Below are positions 25,800 to 37,884 of a stretch of DNA of 64,000 nt, one piece after another; the stretch's first letter is position 1; the number at the start of each line of letters is the position of its first letter. The notes under the pieces were generated by a model. The model did no database searches. It was not told the origin of the DNA and worked only from the letters and a program-made list of their open reading frames with translations. The position numbers and the translations under genes were made by a program. The stretch comes from Squalus acanthias (taxonomy: Eukaryota): the NCBI GenBank assembly GCA_030390025.1, contig CM059431.1, positions 112,160,001 to 112,224,000 on the forward strand. The letters run 5' to 3'.

Positions 25800-27640
25800 G
25801 CCTCTGATTGGCTGGTTTTGGGAAGACCGACGCCATTGTTTTCGGTCCCCGCCACAAACTCCGTTCCCTAGCCACTGACTCCATCCTTCTCCCTAACATC
25901 TGTCTGAGGCTGAACCGGACTGTTTGCAACCTTGGTGTCATATTTGACTCTGAAATTAGCTTCCGACCACACATCCGCAGCATAACTAAGACCGCCTATT
26001 TCCACCTCTGTAACATCGCCCGTCTCTGCCCCTGCCTCAGCTCATCTGCTGCTGAAACCCTCATCGATGCCTTTGTTATCTCTAGACTTGACTATTCCAA
26101 TGCACACCTGGCTGGCCTCCCATGTTCTACCCTACGTAAACTTGAGGTGATCCACATCTCAGCTGCCCGTGTCCTAACTCTCACCAAGTCCCATTTACCC
26201 ATCACCCCTGTGCTCGCTAACCTACATTGGCTCCCGGTTAAGCAACACCTTGATTTCAAAATTCTTATCCTTGTTTTCAAATCCCTCCATGGCCTCGCCC
26301 CTCCCTATCTCTGTAATCTCCTCCAGCCCCACAATCTCCCCGACATATCTGCGCTGCTCTAATTCTGCCCTCTTGAGCATCCCTGATTATAATGGCTCAA
26401 CCATTGGTGGCCATGCCTTCTGTTGCCTAGGCCCTAAGCTCTGGAACTCCCTCCCTAAACCTATCTGCCTCTCTACCTCTCTTTCCTCCTTTAAGATGCT
26501 CCTTAAAACCTACCTCTTTGACCAAGCTTTTGATCATCTGTCCTAATTTCTCCTTATGTGGCTTGGTGTCAAATTTTTGTCTTATAATAATCCTGTGAAG
26601 CACCTTGGGACATTTTACTACATTAAAGGCGCTATATTAATGATCTAGATGAGGGAACCAGATGTAATATCTCCAAGTTTGCAGACGACACAAAGCTGGG
26701 TGGGCGTGTGTGCCGTGAGGAGGATGCAGAGAAACTCCAGTATGATTTGGACAGGTTGGGTGATTGGGCAGATGCATGGCAGATGCAGTATAATGTGGAT
26801 AAATGCGAGGTTATCCACTTTGGTGGCAAAAACAGGAAGGCAGATTATTATCTGAACGGCAATAGATTGGGAAAAGGGGAAGTGCAACGCGACCTGGGTG
26901 TCCTTGTGCACCAGTCGCTGAAGGTAAGCATGCAGGTGCAGCAGGCAGTTAAGAAGGCAAATGGTATGTTGGCCTTCATAGCGAGAGGATTCGAGTACAG
27001 GATCAAGGATGTCTTGCTGCAGTTGTACAGGGCCTTGGAGAAACCACACCTCGAGTATTGTGTGCAGTTTTGGTTGCCTTATCTGAGGAAGGATGTTCTT
27101 GCCATGGAGAGAGTGCAGTGAAGATTCACCAGACTGATACCTGGGATGGCAGGAATGACGTATGAAGAGAGATTGGGTCGATTGGGCTTGTATTCGCTAG
27201 AGTTTAGAAGAATGAGAGGGGATCTCATTGAAACATAAAATTCTAACAGGACTAGACAGACTAGATGCAGGAAGGATGTTCCCAATGGTGGGGGAGTCCA
27301 GAACCAGGGGTCACAGTCTAAGGATAAGGGGTAAGCAATTTAAGACTGAGATGAGGAGGAATTTCTTCACCCAGAGAGTGGTGAATCTGTGGAATTCTCT
27401 ACCACAGAAGACAGTTGAGTCCAATTCATTAAATATATTCAACAAGGAGTCAGATATATTTCTTAAGGCTAAGGGGATCAAGGGATATGGGGAGAAAGCA
27501 GGGACAGGGTACTGAATTTGGATGATCAGCCATGATCACATTGAATGGCGGAGCAGGCTCGAGGGGCCGAATGGCCTACTCCTGCTCCTATCTTCTATGT
27601 TTCTATGTTTCTATATAAATACAAGTTGTTGTTGTTGTTC
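25800..27640 (+). mobile_element. L2 LINE 3' fragment (25800-26636) whose tail is split by a CR1 and resumes at about 27613-27640
   Basis: KTDAIVFGP, NLGVIFD, SRLDYSNA, LHWLPV; tail ggcgctata | taaatacaagttgttgttg. Confidence 0.9.
26637..27612 (+). mobile_element. CR1 LINE, 5'-truncated
   Basis: [28 protein letters not shown]; tail (ttctatgt)n. Confidence 0.9.
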
Positions 27641-28299
27641 TAGAGGTCTAGCAGTCAACGTTGTCAACAGTGGAGAAAATTCAGAGTGATACTTCAACAA
27701 AGTGACAGACTGGAATATCCATTTCACGATTTGGAACAATGTTTATTCTTCAGAGTGGCACACATCAAAACAGGCAATATTTTTTAAAACAAAAAGGGGG
27801 ATTCTCACTTCCAGTGAGTGACAATTGACAGGTCTGTAGTCAACATCATTGTGTTCGTAATGATATTACTTTGAGTTGTGTTTGGTGGAAGAGGAATCAA
27901 TTATTAGTAATGCTTGTGTGAGCTGAATCTTCGAAGTTGGCCTTTTGGGAAGCATTGCTAGGTTCCAGTTAGCTGATGTTTGTATTTTATTTTTGGATGG
28001 GTTGGTTGTGCAATGCCAGTCAGTGATGCTGTGGTTTTGGGCATGGATGATGCCACAGAATTATGTCAATTATGTCAAGGGTGTTCCCGTGGTTTCCACT
28101 GTGACTGGCTAATGGTGAATATGAATATGCAGCTGTGTTCATTTTAAAACTGCCAGTAACTCATAGGAAAATAGTTCTCTTCTGGTTTTATCTTGTGGAA
28201 TAAATTCCATGCTCCACATATGCAAGGTACCCAGCATGCATCGCATGTTGTGCTGGACCAAATACGTTTTTTATAAATCGAATGCATAAATTCTGTGTA

Positions 28300-30084
28300 T
28301 ACATGGCTTTCTCCCCAACCTCGGCGGGGTTGGTGCGGCCGGGGTCGGTGGCAGGTCACGACCTCGCTGCTGGCTCCAGCCCACTCTGTAGAATGATTTT
28401 ACGTTGATTGGGCTTGTTAAGCCCGCCCAGCATGTTTGCCAGCCAATTGAAGGAAGCGGGTCTGATGTCATCATTTGATGACGCGTCATCAGCCGGTTTC
28501 CTTAAAGGGACCATGCGCAAATTAATTTTGACAGTTGTGCTGTCAGTGTTCTACAGCATTGAGGTGCTGCAAACACTGACAAGCACTGCACAGAGGTGCA
28601 TGGCTGCACCCAGGCTCTCCCGACTCCCTCCATGTGCTTATGGAGGTAGTCACAGCATGCAGGGAGATTCTCTTCCCTTCCAATGGGCAGAAGAGACCTC
28701 TCCAGGAGATCAACGCAGCCTGGTTGCACATTGCACAGGAGGACACAAGCAGGGATGTCATCAGGAGGACCAGGCTGCAGTGACGCAAACCTTTCAATGA
28801 TCTCAGATGATCACGAAATGTTACTGCAAAGCCACACTCAATCTTATCCTGCTGTGCCACTCATCACATCCACATCACTCTGCCTTCCCTTCCCTACTCC
28901 TGCACATCTTTACTCACACCAACTTACCATGCACCTCCACCCATCCCTCTCTATCTATATTGTCACTTCCCATCTCACGAGGCACCCCTCACACTCACCC
29001 TCATCCTAGTCCACATACCAACTAACGACACACAAGAGTAGGCACTTGTGTGTTTTAGCCAATGTTCATGTGAAGTTTCTGTTAATACGCTGTCAAACAT
29101 TGAAATCTTTATTTTCAACACTTTGCATTCTTGGACAGATTTGTGTGCACCTTTGGAAGTGGCTTAGTGAGTTGCAGTGAATGGTGAGACATAACGGTAC
29201 CCCCCTGCAATGCTGATGAGTGTGAAAGTAATGGCTTGGGCATTGTAGGGATGCTTTATGGTGTTAGTGTGGGGTGGTGCCAATCTGGTGCATCATGTGA
29301 CAGCCAGGGTGTACAGCATCAAGTGAAGTAAAGCTGGCTATGGTGAGGCCATCCCTGGCCTCCCGGGCAGCAATGTGGTCGGGTGCTGATGCCCTGTGTC
29401 CTGTGCATCATCAGTTGATTGTGGAGAAGGTTGGTGTAGGTGTTGGGGCTGCTGGTGTGCCTGGTGCTGCTGGTGTTGGGGCTGATCGTGGTGGGATTCT
29501 GAGGACCAAGGTGAAATAGTTTCAAGGGCACCGATGCTGATGTAATAGATGGCAGGTGAAGTTGAGATGCCAGAAGCGATCTGTCAATGGTGAGAGAGGT
29601 TGTTCCAATGAGATGACACTGGATAGAGAGTTTACTCCAAACACTTGCAACCTGCATAAAGCTCAATCTGTCTTCCAAATGCAGTAAGCAACAGCTTCTG
29701 AGCTTGGAAAGTGAACAGCTGTGAGATGGGAGCTTTTATAGCATATTTGCAGCTGTCAAGTAATGAGATGATTTCATGGCCATTCAACTCCCGACCTCCT
29801 TACCTGACGTGATCCCTGAGCAGCGTGGACCCTGTGGGCGACCTCGTAAAACTTAAAGGTGAGCTCAAAACACTTTTTAAGTGGCTCTTAACAAGGCCAT
29901 AATGACCTAAATTGCCTCCCCCGCCGCTGGGTGTCGGGTCTGTTCAGCGTTGACAGACCCGACATCTGGGAAAGTCGCTTGGTGGCTGGTTGACAGTGGG
30001 TTCCCGACCCGCTGTCAGAAAAAATGTTTCCCCACCTGACCCGCCACCAAACGCGCCTGCTGACCCCCCCGCAAAATACCCCCC
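28300..30084 (+). mobile_element. Non-autonomous Harbinger derivative with a decayed Myb/SANT exon (about 28600-28805)
   Basis: Codons read AAPRL../..REILFPSNG..AAWLHIAQE..RRT.LQ*RKPFNDL; right end aaaatacccccc; left end uncertain. Confidence 0.6.
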
Positions 30085-30420
30085 ATAGGCCCAGATTTTC
30101 CTGCCAAAATAACGGTGAGGCTAATGGCACTCGCCGCTATTTATGCGTAAATGGTACAGCAACTTCAGGTGAGGGGCGGGTGCGCGGTTAAACTCACATA
30201 TCCAGAAGTTGCTGACCGTGTTGCGCCACTTCACGAAAACGGCATCTTGCTGTCTGATTCACCGTTGAAATAAATAGAACGGCATGAATTTGCTGTATTT
30301 GCACAGTAGATTACAACTAAACTCAGCACAGAAAGTTAAGTCTTTTCCATTTCAGTCGAAGTACCCTTTTAAAGACATGATAAGTTTTAATTATGGCCAA
30401 ACAACCTCTCTAGCACTTAA

Positions 30421-30695
30421 ATGTGCGGGTTAGGTTGATTTGGCTATGATAAATTGACCCTTAGTGTTAGGGGGGGATTAAATATGTGGGGTTATGGGGA
30501 TAGGATGGGATATGTTAGGGGGAATTAAATACGTGGGGTTACTGGGGTAGAGTGGGATATGTGTACTGTGGGGATTAAAGCAGGGACAGGGTATTGGATT
30601 TGGATGATCAGCCATGATCGTATTGAATGGCGGAGCAGGCTCGACGGGCCGAATGGCCTACTCCTGCTCCTAGATTCTATGTTTCTATGTTTCTA
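30421..30695 (+). mobile_element. HE1-like (V-domain) SINE 3' part with CR1-derived tail
   Basis: gtgcgggttaggttgattt..taaattgacccttagtgt followed by the CR1 tail and (ttctatgt)n. Confidence 0.65.
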
Positions 30696-31249
30696 AATTT
30701 AATTATTACTAGCTTGGAGTCTCATTCCTTCAGGTTTTAATTGTTGTTGGAGATTTTTAAAATGTAGGGGGTGAAATTGGGTACCTTTGCGTCTCCCGTT
30801 AGTGCCTCCGGAGGTGCTAATGGGGCGCTACCGGCTTAATGACCTGGCGCGGCGATAGTACCGATGCCCGCGAAATTGAAGTGGAGGTTTGCGGCGGTGG
30901 TACCCACTAGCGCCACGCTCTCCTGCGCCCGAGATCGTGACGTCATCCGACTGTGCAGCGCCCCGCCTCAGAAATTCACACTCTCGCCCCCTGCCTGAGC
31001 GCCTGCCGTTAGCAACGACAGGTAGAGGAGGCGGTCTGCAGTCGGATGAGCACTGGAGGAGCGGTATATAAAGGCGTCAACATTGGGTTTATATTTAGTC
31101 GGCAAAGAAAGCTGCCTTGTCAGTTTGACATAGGCAAACAGGCGTTTTGAGTGATTTCAGCGTTTTTCAGTTGAAGGAGTCTTCTGGCTCAGAAAAATTA
31201 TTCAGTTTCAGTTAGGTGAGATTTGGAAGTGCAGCATTTCCATACTTCA

Positions 31250-32415
31250 ATGGGGGCTGTACTGGCGCTGGACCTCGCCCTCCAGCATCAACGTCGGAGG
31301 CAGAGAGAGAGATTTCAAAATGTGGCCAGAGGGAGGAGGGCCAATTGGGCTCTCAACAGGAGGCCTTACCCACCCAGGGTATTCCGGCAGCAATTCTCCT
31401 GCATCAATTTCACTGAGGAACAGTGTCTTAGAAGGCTCCGCTTCACCACCTCCTGCAGCCAGACCTCGAGCCTCACATCAGGAGCACCACGGCTCTCTCA
31501 GTGGCAGTCAAGGTCACCGTCGCCCTCAATTTCTACGCCAGCAGATCCTTCCAGTGTGCAACAGGAGATATAGCCAACATCTCGCAGTTCGCCATCCATT
31601 GCTGCATCCGGGAGGTCACAGATGCTCTCTACAGAAGAAGGGACTACATTTCCTTCCCCATCACCAGAGAGAAGCAGGACAAGCGTGCATGTGGCTTTGC
31701 CAGGATAGCGGGCTTCCCCATGGCACAGGGCGCCATTGACTGCACCCTTGTCGCTCTGCGGGCACCCCATAGCAATCCTGAGGTCTTCTGTAACTGCAAA
31801 GGCTACCACTCACTTAATGTGCAGTTGGTGTGCGACCACACACAGCGAACCCTCGCTGTCAATGCCCGCTATCCTGGCAGCAGCCACGATGCCTTCATCC
31901 TGCACCAGACCGGTGGGCCAGATCTGTTCCAGCCGCCACATCAATCTCGTGGCTGGCTGCTGGGAGACAAGGGCTATCCGCTCTCCACCTGGCTCAGGAC
32001 TCCCCTCCGCAACCCCAACACTCCTGCTCAGCACTCATATAATGAGAGCCATGCTGCCACCAGGAACATCATTGAGCAGACCATCGGGGTGCTCAAGCAA
32101 CGGTTCCGCTGCCTTGATCGCTCGGGAGGCGCCCTCTGGTACTCGGCTGAGCAGGTGTCTCTTTTCGTCGTCATCTGCTGCATGCTGCACAACTTGGCCA
32201 TCATGAGGGCGCAGCCATTGCCACCAGGCATAGCCGCACCTCCTCAGGAGGATGAAGAGGGAGACAAGGAGGACGAGGACAAGGAGGAGGCGGAGGAGGA
32301 GGCGGAGGAGGAGGAGGAACAGGAGCACGAACATCAGCGATGGAGGAGCCCACCACTCAATCGGCCTTGTGGAAGGGCGGTCCGTGACCGCCTCATCAGA
32401 CTTCAGTTCCAATTA
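31250..32415 (+). pseudogene. Harbinger DDE transposase with one frameshifting deletion near 31446
   Basis: MGAVLALD..CLRRLRF then VAVKVTVALNFYAS, GAIDCT, GSSHDAFIL, LLGDKGY, IEQTIGVLK, CCMLHN, acidic tail. Confidence 0.9.
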
Positions 32416-32580
32416 ATTGGAGGCCACTTCCTGGTTGCTCAGCATGTCCCCATCATTCCATCAATTTCTCATTCCATACCACACCCCAAAGCTGAAATGA
32501 GACACAGCACCAAATCTGCAACATTCCAATAATAAATTTATCCAAATTCAGCAACCACATATATAGAGCAGCAATATTAA

Positions 32581-34455
32581 CTAATCACCCTTGTGCAAAC
32601 CCTTACTTCCCCTCTTTACAGTGCCTTTCCCTAATCTACTGCTCCTACATAGTGTCTCCCCAGTGGCTGCAGCAGGGCTGGTGGAAGGCTGCTGAGTGTC
32701 GGTGCCAGAGACTACAGATGGCCTTGCAGGACACCCTCGACCAGCTCTGGGCCTGGAAGGCCCGGCTGTACACTGCGCCACCTCAGGATGGGTGACGGCA
32801 GTCTGGGCTGGCTGGATGACAGGCAGCGACAAGTGCAATGGCGGAGTGGCAGTGGTGGGATCAGGAATGCTGTCCTCCTGAGAGAGGACAGCAGGTTCCT
32901 GCTCCACTGACCCACTGCCACTCCCCCGGGGCAGCACCTCAGCATCCCTACCAATCTGCTAGAGCAGAGATTGCTGGCCTGCTGCGACACCGTGAGATCC
33001 CCGGTGGACTGTGGTGGACACAGCGACAATGGCAGCAGTCAGAGCTTGCGTGGCATCAAGCTGAGACTGCATGAGAGCAGTCTGAGAATCGATGGCACCA
33101 AGCATAGACTGCATTACAGCACTAAGACGTTACGTGGCTTCCGCCTGTGCTGCAATGGAAGCTGTGACATCGCCAATCACATGCGGCATGAGGTCTGGAT
33201 CCACACGGTCTCTCTGGGAGTCTACCATCCTCTGCACAGTGGAAATGATGGGCTCCATGGTGTGCGCAGAGCCTTGTGCAATGTTGGAGGTGGCCTCCTC
33301 CACGCTCCTTGCCGAGAGGCTCTCAGGCACCCTTGCCATTGCATGACCATCACCCTTCTTGTGAACGCCTCCCCATCGAGGTCCTCATCTGAGTCCTGTG
33401 CAGCAGAAGTCGCACGCGAACTCGCCCTCCAGGGAACTAGCTCCTGAGCTACCCTTTCCCCCTGGCCTTGCTGCAGCCCACTCGTCCCTGGTGCATCATC
33501 CAGTGCAGACCCCTCTACTAAACTTGCCTCTAAAGATCGCGTAGTCCCAGTATCTGAGGTGGTGCTGCGGGTGAGACATGCAGTGACACGGTGCTTTCTT
33601 CCTCCTCCTCTTCTTCCTCACTCTCAGTGGGAGGCTCAGGGACAGGCTGGTCAGCTGGTTGCTGATTCTCTGAAAGCAGCAGTGAACAGGTGGGGGTGAT
33701 GCGCAGCTTCAACAGCTTGCAGACCTGGAGGAGTGAGTGCTGTGACTCATTGGGCAGCAGGTGCGGGGCGTCGTGGCCGTCGGCGATGTCAACCCCCTTG
33801 GGGGCAACAACGGTATCTTCAGCCCCTCCCCTTCTCTCATCCCACTTCCCCTCACAACACAAGCCTTTCCCACTTTCCAGCTCCTGATCACTGTCTGCAT
33901 TCCCTGCTCCATTCCTGCCCCCCTGCCCTCACTTTAACGCGAGTCTTGTGCCTTTATGCTCCCTCCTATTGTGAGCCATCTTGACCTGCAAGAGAAATGA
34001 ATGTGTGTGAGTCAGAGTCCAGCTGTGTGTTTGGGAGATATGCCTGCCGTAGTTGAATAGCTGTAATTGTAGGCAGGGTGTGAGGTGTGGATGTGAGTTT
34101 TAGCAGGTGAAGATGCTTGGTGGGTGAGTGGTGGGGGTGTGGTGGTTTGCGCAATGTGTACAGACTGAGGTTCAGATGCTGGTATGTAGGACCTGTTGAA
34201 GCATGTACTCACCCTGACCACCCGAGTGAGGTCGTTGAATTTCTTCCGGCATTGTGTCAGGTTGTGTACGACCACACTACTGGCTGAGACCTCCTGGGCC
34301 ACTTCCCTCCACATTGCCCTGAATACCTGGGGCAATGGCCTCCTTCCAGTGTCTGGGAACAGCACTGCCCTCCTTCGCTCCACTCCTGCGACTAATGCCT
34401 CCAGTGCCTTGTCCGTGAAATAACGAGCTCTCTCCCTGGGAGTGGGATTAGCCAT
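32581..34455 (-). pseudogene. Harbinger ORF2 Myb/SANT gene (exon 1 34213-34455), disabled by internal inversion and stops
   Basis: RERARYFTDKALEALV..WREVA..TQCRKKFNDL; donor cagg/gtgagt; acceptor ttgcag/GTC at 33985. Confidence 0.85.
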
Positions 34456-35249
34456 CACGATCAGGGGATTGACTTCCTTGCAGGTGGCCTTCACAGCCAG
34501 CAATGCTGATAATGAGGATGCACAATGAGCTGGAAGGAGCTAGTGTGAAAGGATCATTCCTGATTGCAAAGTACCAGCTGGTAGAGCCCCCCCTGTAGCG
34601 CCCTGCTTAGGTCATTAGCGCTTGATTTAGCACTGCAGCTCTTTCCAGGAGCGTTAACAACCAATTTAGGGAAACCTAAATTTTCACAATCTCAAAATTT
34701 AGCGCCCCAAATGGGGCGATACCGAATTTCACCCCCGTAAAATTTAAAATTATTATTTTTTTAAACTTTTCCCATTCTGTCTCTTTTTTCTCTCTCTCTC
34801 TCTCTTAATCCAATCTTTCTTTCCCTCTCTTTATTTATTTCTCTGTACCTGGATTGGCATTGAATTCACCCACTCTAATTTACACTTCCTTCTCATTCCT
34901 TGTTCTGATTGGTTAAGGAGATACACAGTTGCTTGCCCTGTTCACTCAGGTCCCAGATGCCCTGTTTCCTTCACTGCGACGTTGTCAGCTCGCACTTTCA
35001 GCAACTTGCCACGCAAAAAATTCGAAAACCTAAACGTGCATGGGCAAGTCTAACTAATGGAAGACACTGTTAAAAGCCCTGCTACAGCAAAATCTGGCCG
35101 TTATAGATCAAGAAACAAATACAGCAATTGAATTATATGGATCATCCAAATGAGCCCTAAGAAGGCAAAACACAAGCCAATTCTTTTGGGTGCAACATTT
35201 TATTATATACAAGGTCACTTGTTACGTTAGTTAAATGAAAGTACTGCAA

Positions 35250-36236
35250 CTTGGGCCTCAGCTATTTACAATCTATATTAATGACTTAGATGACGGGACT
35301 GAGTGTAATGTATCCAAGTTTGCTGATGATACAAAGTTAGGTGGGAAAGTAAGCTGTGAGGAGGATGCAAAGAGGCTGAAGAGAGATATAGACTGAGTGG
35401 GCAAGAACATGGCAAATGGAATACAATGTGGGGAAGTGTGAAGTTATCCACTTTGGTAGGAAAAACAAAAAAGCAGAATATTTTTTGAATGGTGAGAGAC
35501 TGGGAAATGTTTGCACTCAGAGGGACCTGGATGTCCTTGTACATGAATCACAGAAAGTTAACATGCAGGTACAGCAAGCAATTAGGAAAGCAAATGGTAT
35601 GTTAGCTTTTGTTACAAAGGGACTAGAGTATAAAAGTAAAGAAGCCTTACTACAATTATACAGTGCATTGGTGAGGCCACACCTGGAGTACTGTGTACAA
35701 TTCTGGTCTCCTTACCTAAGGAAAGACATACTTGCCTTAGAGGGAGTGCAGCGAAGGTTCACTAGACTGGTTTCTGGGATGAGGGGATTGCCCTATGAGG
35801 AGAGATTGAGTAGACTAGGCCTATATTCCCTAGAGTTTAGAAGAATGAGAGGTGATCTAATTGAAACATATAAAATTCTTAAGGGGCTTGACAGGGTTAA
35901 TGCTAAGAAAATGTTTCTGGCTGGGGAATCTAGAACATGGGGTCACAGTCTCAGAATAAGGGGTTGGCCATTTAGGACTGAGATGAGGAGAAATTTCTTC
36001 ACTCAAAGGTTTGTGAATCTTTAGAATTCTCCACCCCAGAGGGCTGTGGATGCTCACTCGTTGAGTATATTCAAGACAGAGGTCGATAAATTTTTGGGAA
36101 CTAAGGGAATTAAGGGATATGGGGATAGTGCGGGAAGGTGGAGTTGAGGTCGAAGATCAGCCATGATCTTATTGAATGACGGAGCAGGCTCGAAGGGCCA
36201 AATGGCCGACTCCAGCTCCTATTTCTTATGTTCTTA
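35250..36236 (+). mobile_element. CR1 LINE, 5'-truncated
   Basis: FADDTK, KCEVIHFG, RPHLEYCVQFW, CR1 tail. Confidence 0.92.
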
Positions 36237-37747
36237 TCCACAAGTTGGAATGCAAGCCAACCTTATGCAGTATCTAGTCAATCGGTACTTGTATGTTTAA
36301 TACTTGCTAGAATAAAACCTCAGCCCAATCTGCCTGTATTATTTTTCACTGGATCTATGCCACATTATCAAATTGTGATTTAGAATTGCTCCCAAACATA
36401 CTGAAGAAGGTGGACTGGTAAATTATATTTGACCCGTGTGGAATTCTTTCTATATTTTCGCTGGTAATATCACTTGGAGGGACTGTTAGTATTCCAATAA
36501 TACCTGTGGGTTATGAAATCTTTGGAGAGTATGATTTTCAAACCACTGGCCCTGTTTTACTTTCATCACCCAAAGCAACAGTTGCTAGGAGAGACCGGAT
36601 GATGTCACAGCTTCCACAGAAGAGGCAGCTGATGTGAAAGGACAATTACTCTTTACAATTCAATTTCCTTTCAGTTTGATTTTAATTGAAGGTCGCAATA
36701 ATTTATTTTTTGTTTCAAAGACTTTGGTGGCATTTTAAGTTTAGGAAGAGTGCATCTGGTCAGCGTTATGGATACACTTAGGGTCACAAATGTAAGGGAT
36801 CCAGGTGCAGATGAAAAGTAGAGGAAGGCTGGTAGACAGATTGCATGGGGCAAACTTTAGGGATTTAGACATTTCCATATTGCAGATAGTCTATGGCTGT
36901 CATCACATGGTTCCGCAGACAGCAACGATGGATGGTTAATAAAATGAGAAATAACATTGTCCATAAATTGACTGGTCCAAAGTGATCTGTAGAAGCAGAT
37001 TAGTGTAAAGTTATATCACAGGGTCGTAGAGAGGGGGCCAGAAACTCCTTAAACTATTTTAGAATTTTGATTTGCAGCTGGAGTACAGATTTTACTTAAA
37101 GTAGCAGCTTTGAAGCCAAGTGTACTTAGACCTAGAGAGAAAACCTTTTCCCCAAGTTAACATTTTCAAATCGTGCCCTACACGGTACCCTACAAAAAGT
37201 TACATTTCAGAAAGACTTAGCATAACACATCAGACTGGTGCAAAACTCCGAGAGTTAGATCGTTCAATTAAAATCGTCATTCACTGGTGAAATTTGGCGA
37301 TAGTTTCAGCTGTAACCGACCATAAGCCAAACTTCCTCAAGGTCAGGAGCATGGCATACCTTGCTAACATGCCTTTGTCATGGTAAGAATTGGATCAGTC
37401 TTATCTTAATACTGGGGATCTGGATAAATCAATATCTAATTACATGCTACTTTATTTTCCATTACTGCGGAGTCACTGGTGCTATTATTAGAGGACGGAT
37501 GAATTGAAGAATGTTTATAAGTGGCAGGGGAGAGGTGTTGTGGGATAGGCTGAGCTGAATTTTAAATTGAATGTTTGCGGTGTTTTTATAATGCCCCATG
37601 AGACAAGATCTTAAAGCAATTGTTTCTTGTGCTGGCATTATTAAATATATATATTTTTAGAAGTTATGAGGCTGGGAAGAATTGATGCATATTTGCACAG
37701 ATGCCAGTATCATTTATAAAATGTCACCAAACCACCTTTGTTTCTTC

Positions 37748-37884
37748 AAAAGCAAAATACTGCGGATGCTGGAAATCTGAAATAAAAAAAGAAAATGCTG
37801 GAAACACTCAGCAGGTCAGGCAGCATCTGTGGAGAGAGAAACAGAGTTAACGTTTCAGGTCGATGACCCTTCGTCAGAACTGGC
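37748..37884 (-). mobile_element. Penelope-like element terminal fragment
   Basis: Same family as the 8619-8828 hairpin; carries a hammerhead core on -. Confidence 0.7.
37845..37881 (-). ncRNA. Putative minimal hammerhead ribozyme
   Basis: Minus strand reads AGUU-CUGACGA-A-GGGUC-AUC-GACCU-GAAA-C-GUU-AACU. Confidence 0.6.

Larger units (their letters stand above)
30767..34736 (+). mobile_element. PIF/Harbinger DNA transposon copy 2 with both termini
   Basis: TIRs gggggtgaaatt / aatttcaccccc; 3-bp duplication GTA at 30764-66 and 34737-39; two convergent genes. Confidence 0.95.
30088..35100. mobile_element. Harbinger-type MITE interrupted by a SINE and by Harbinger copy 2
   Basis: Ends ggcccagatttt / aaaatctggccg; AT-rich sequence is continuous across the GTA duplication. 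Confidence 0.65.

Noticed and set aside
31501..32532. Host HARBI1 gene
   Set aside because: Lies within TIRs and a TSD, is frameshifted upstream, and is multicopy in the window
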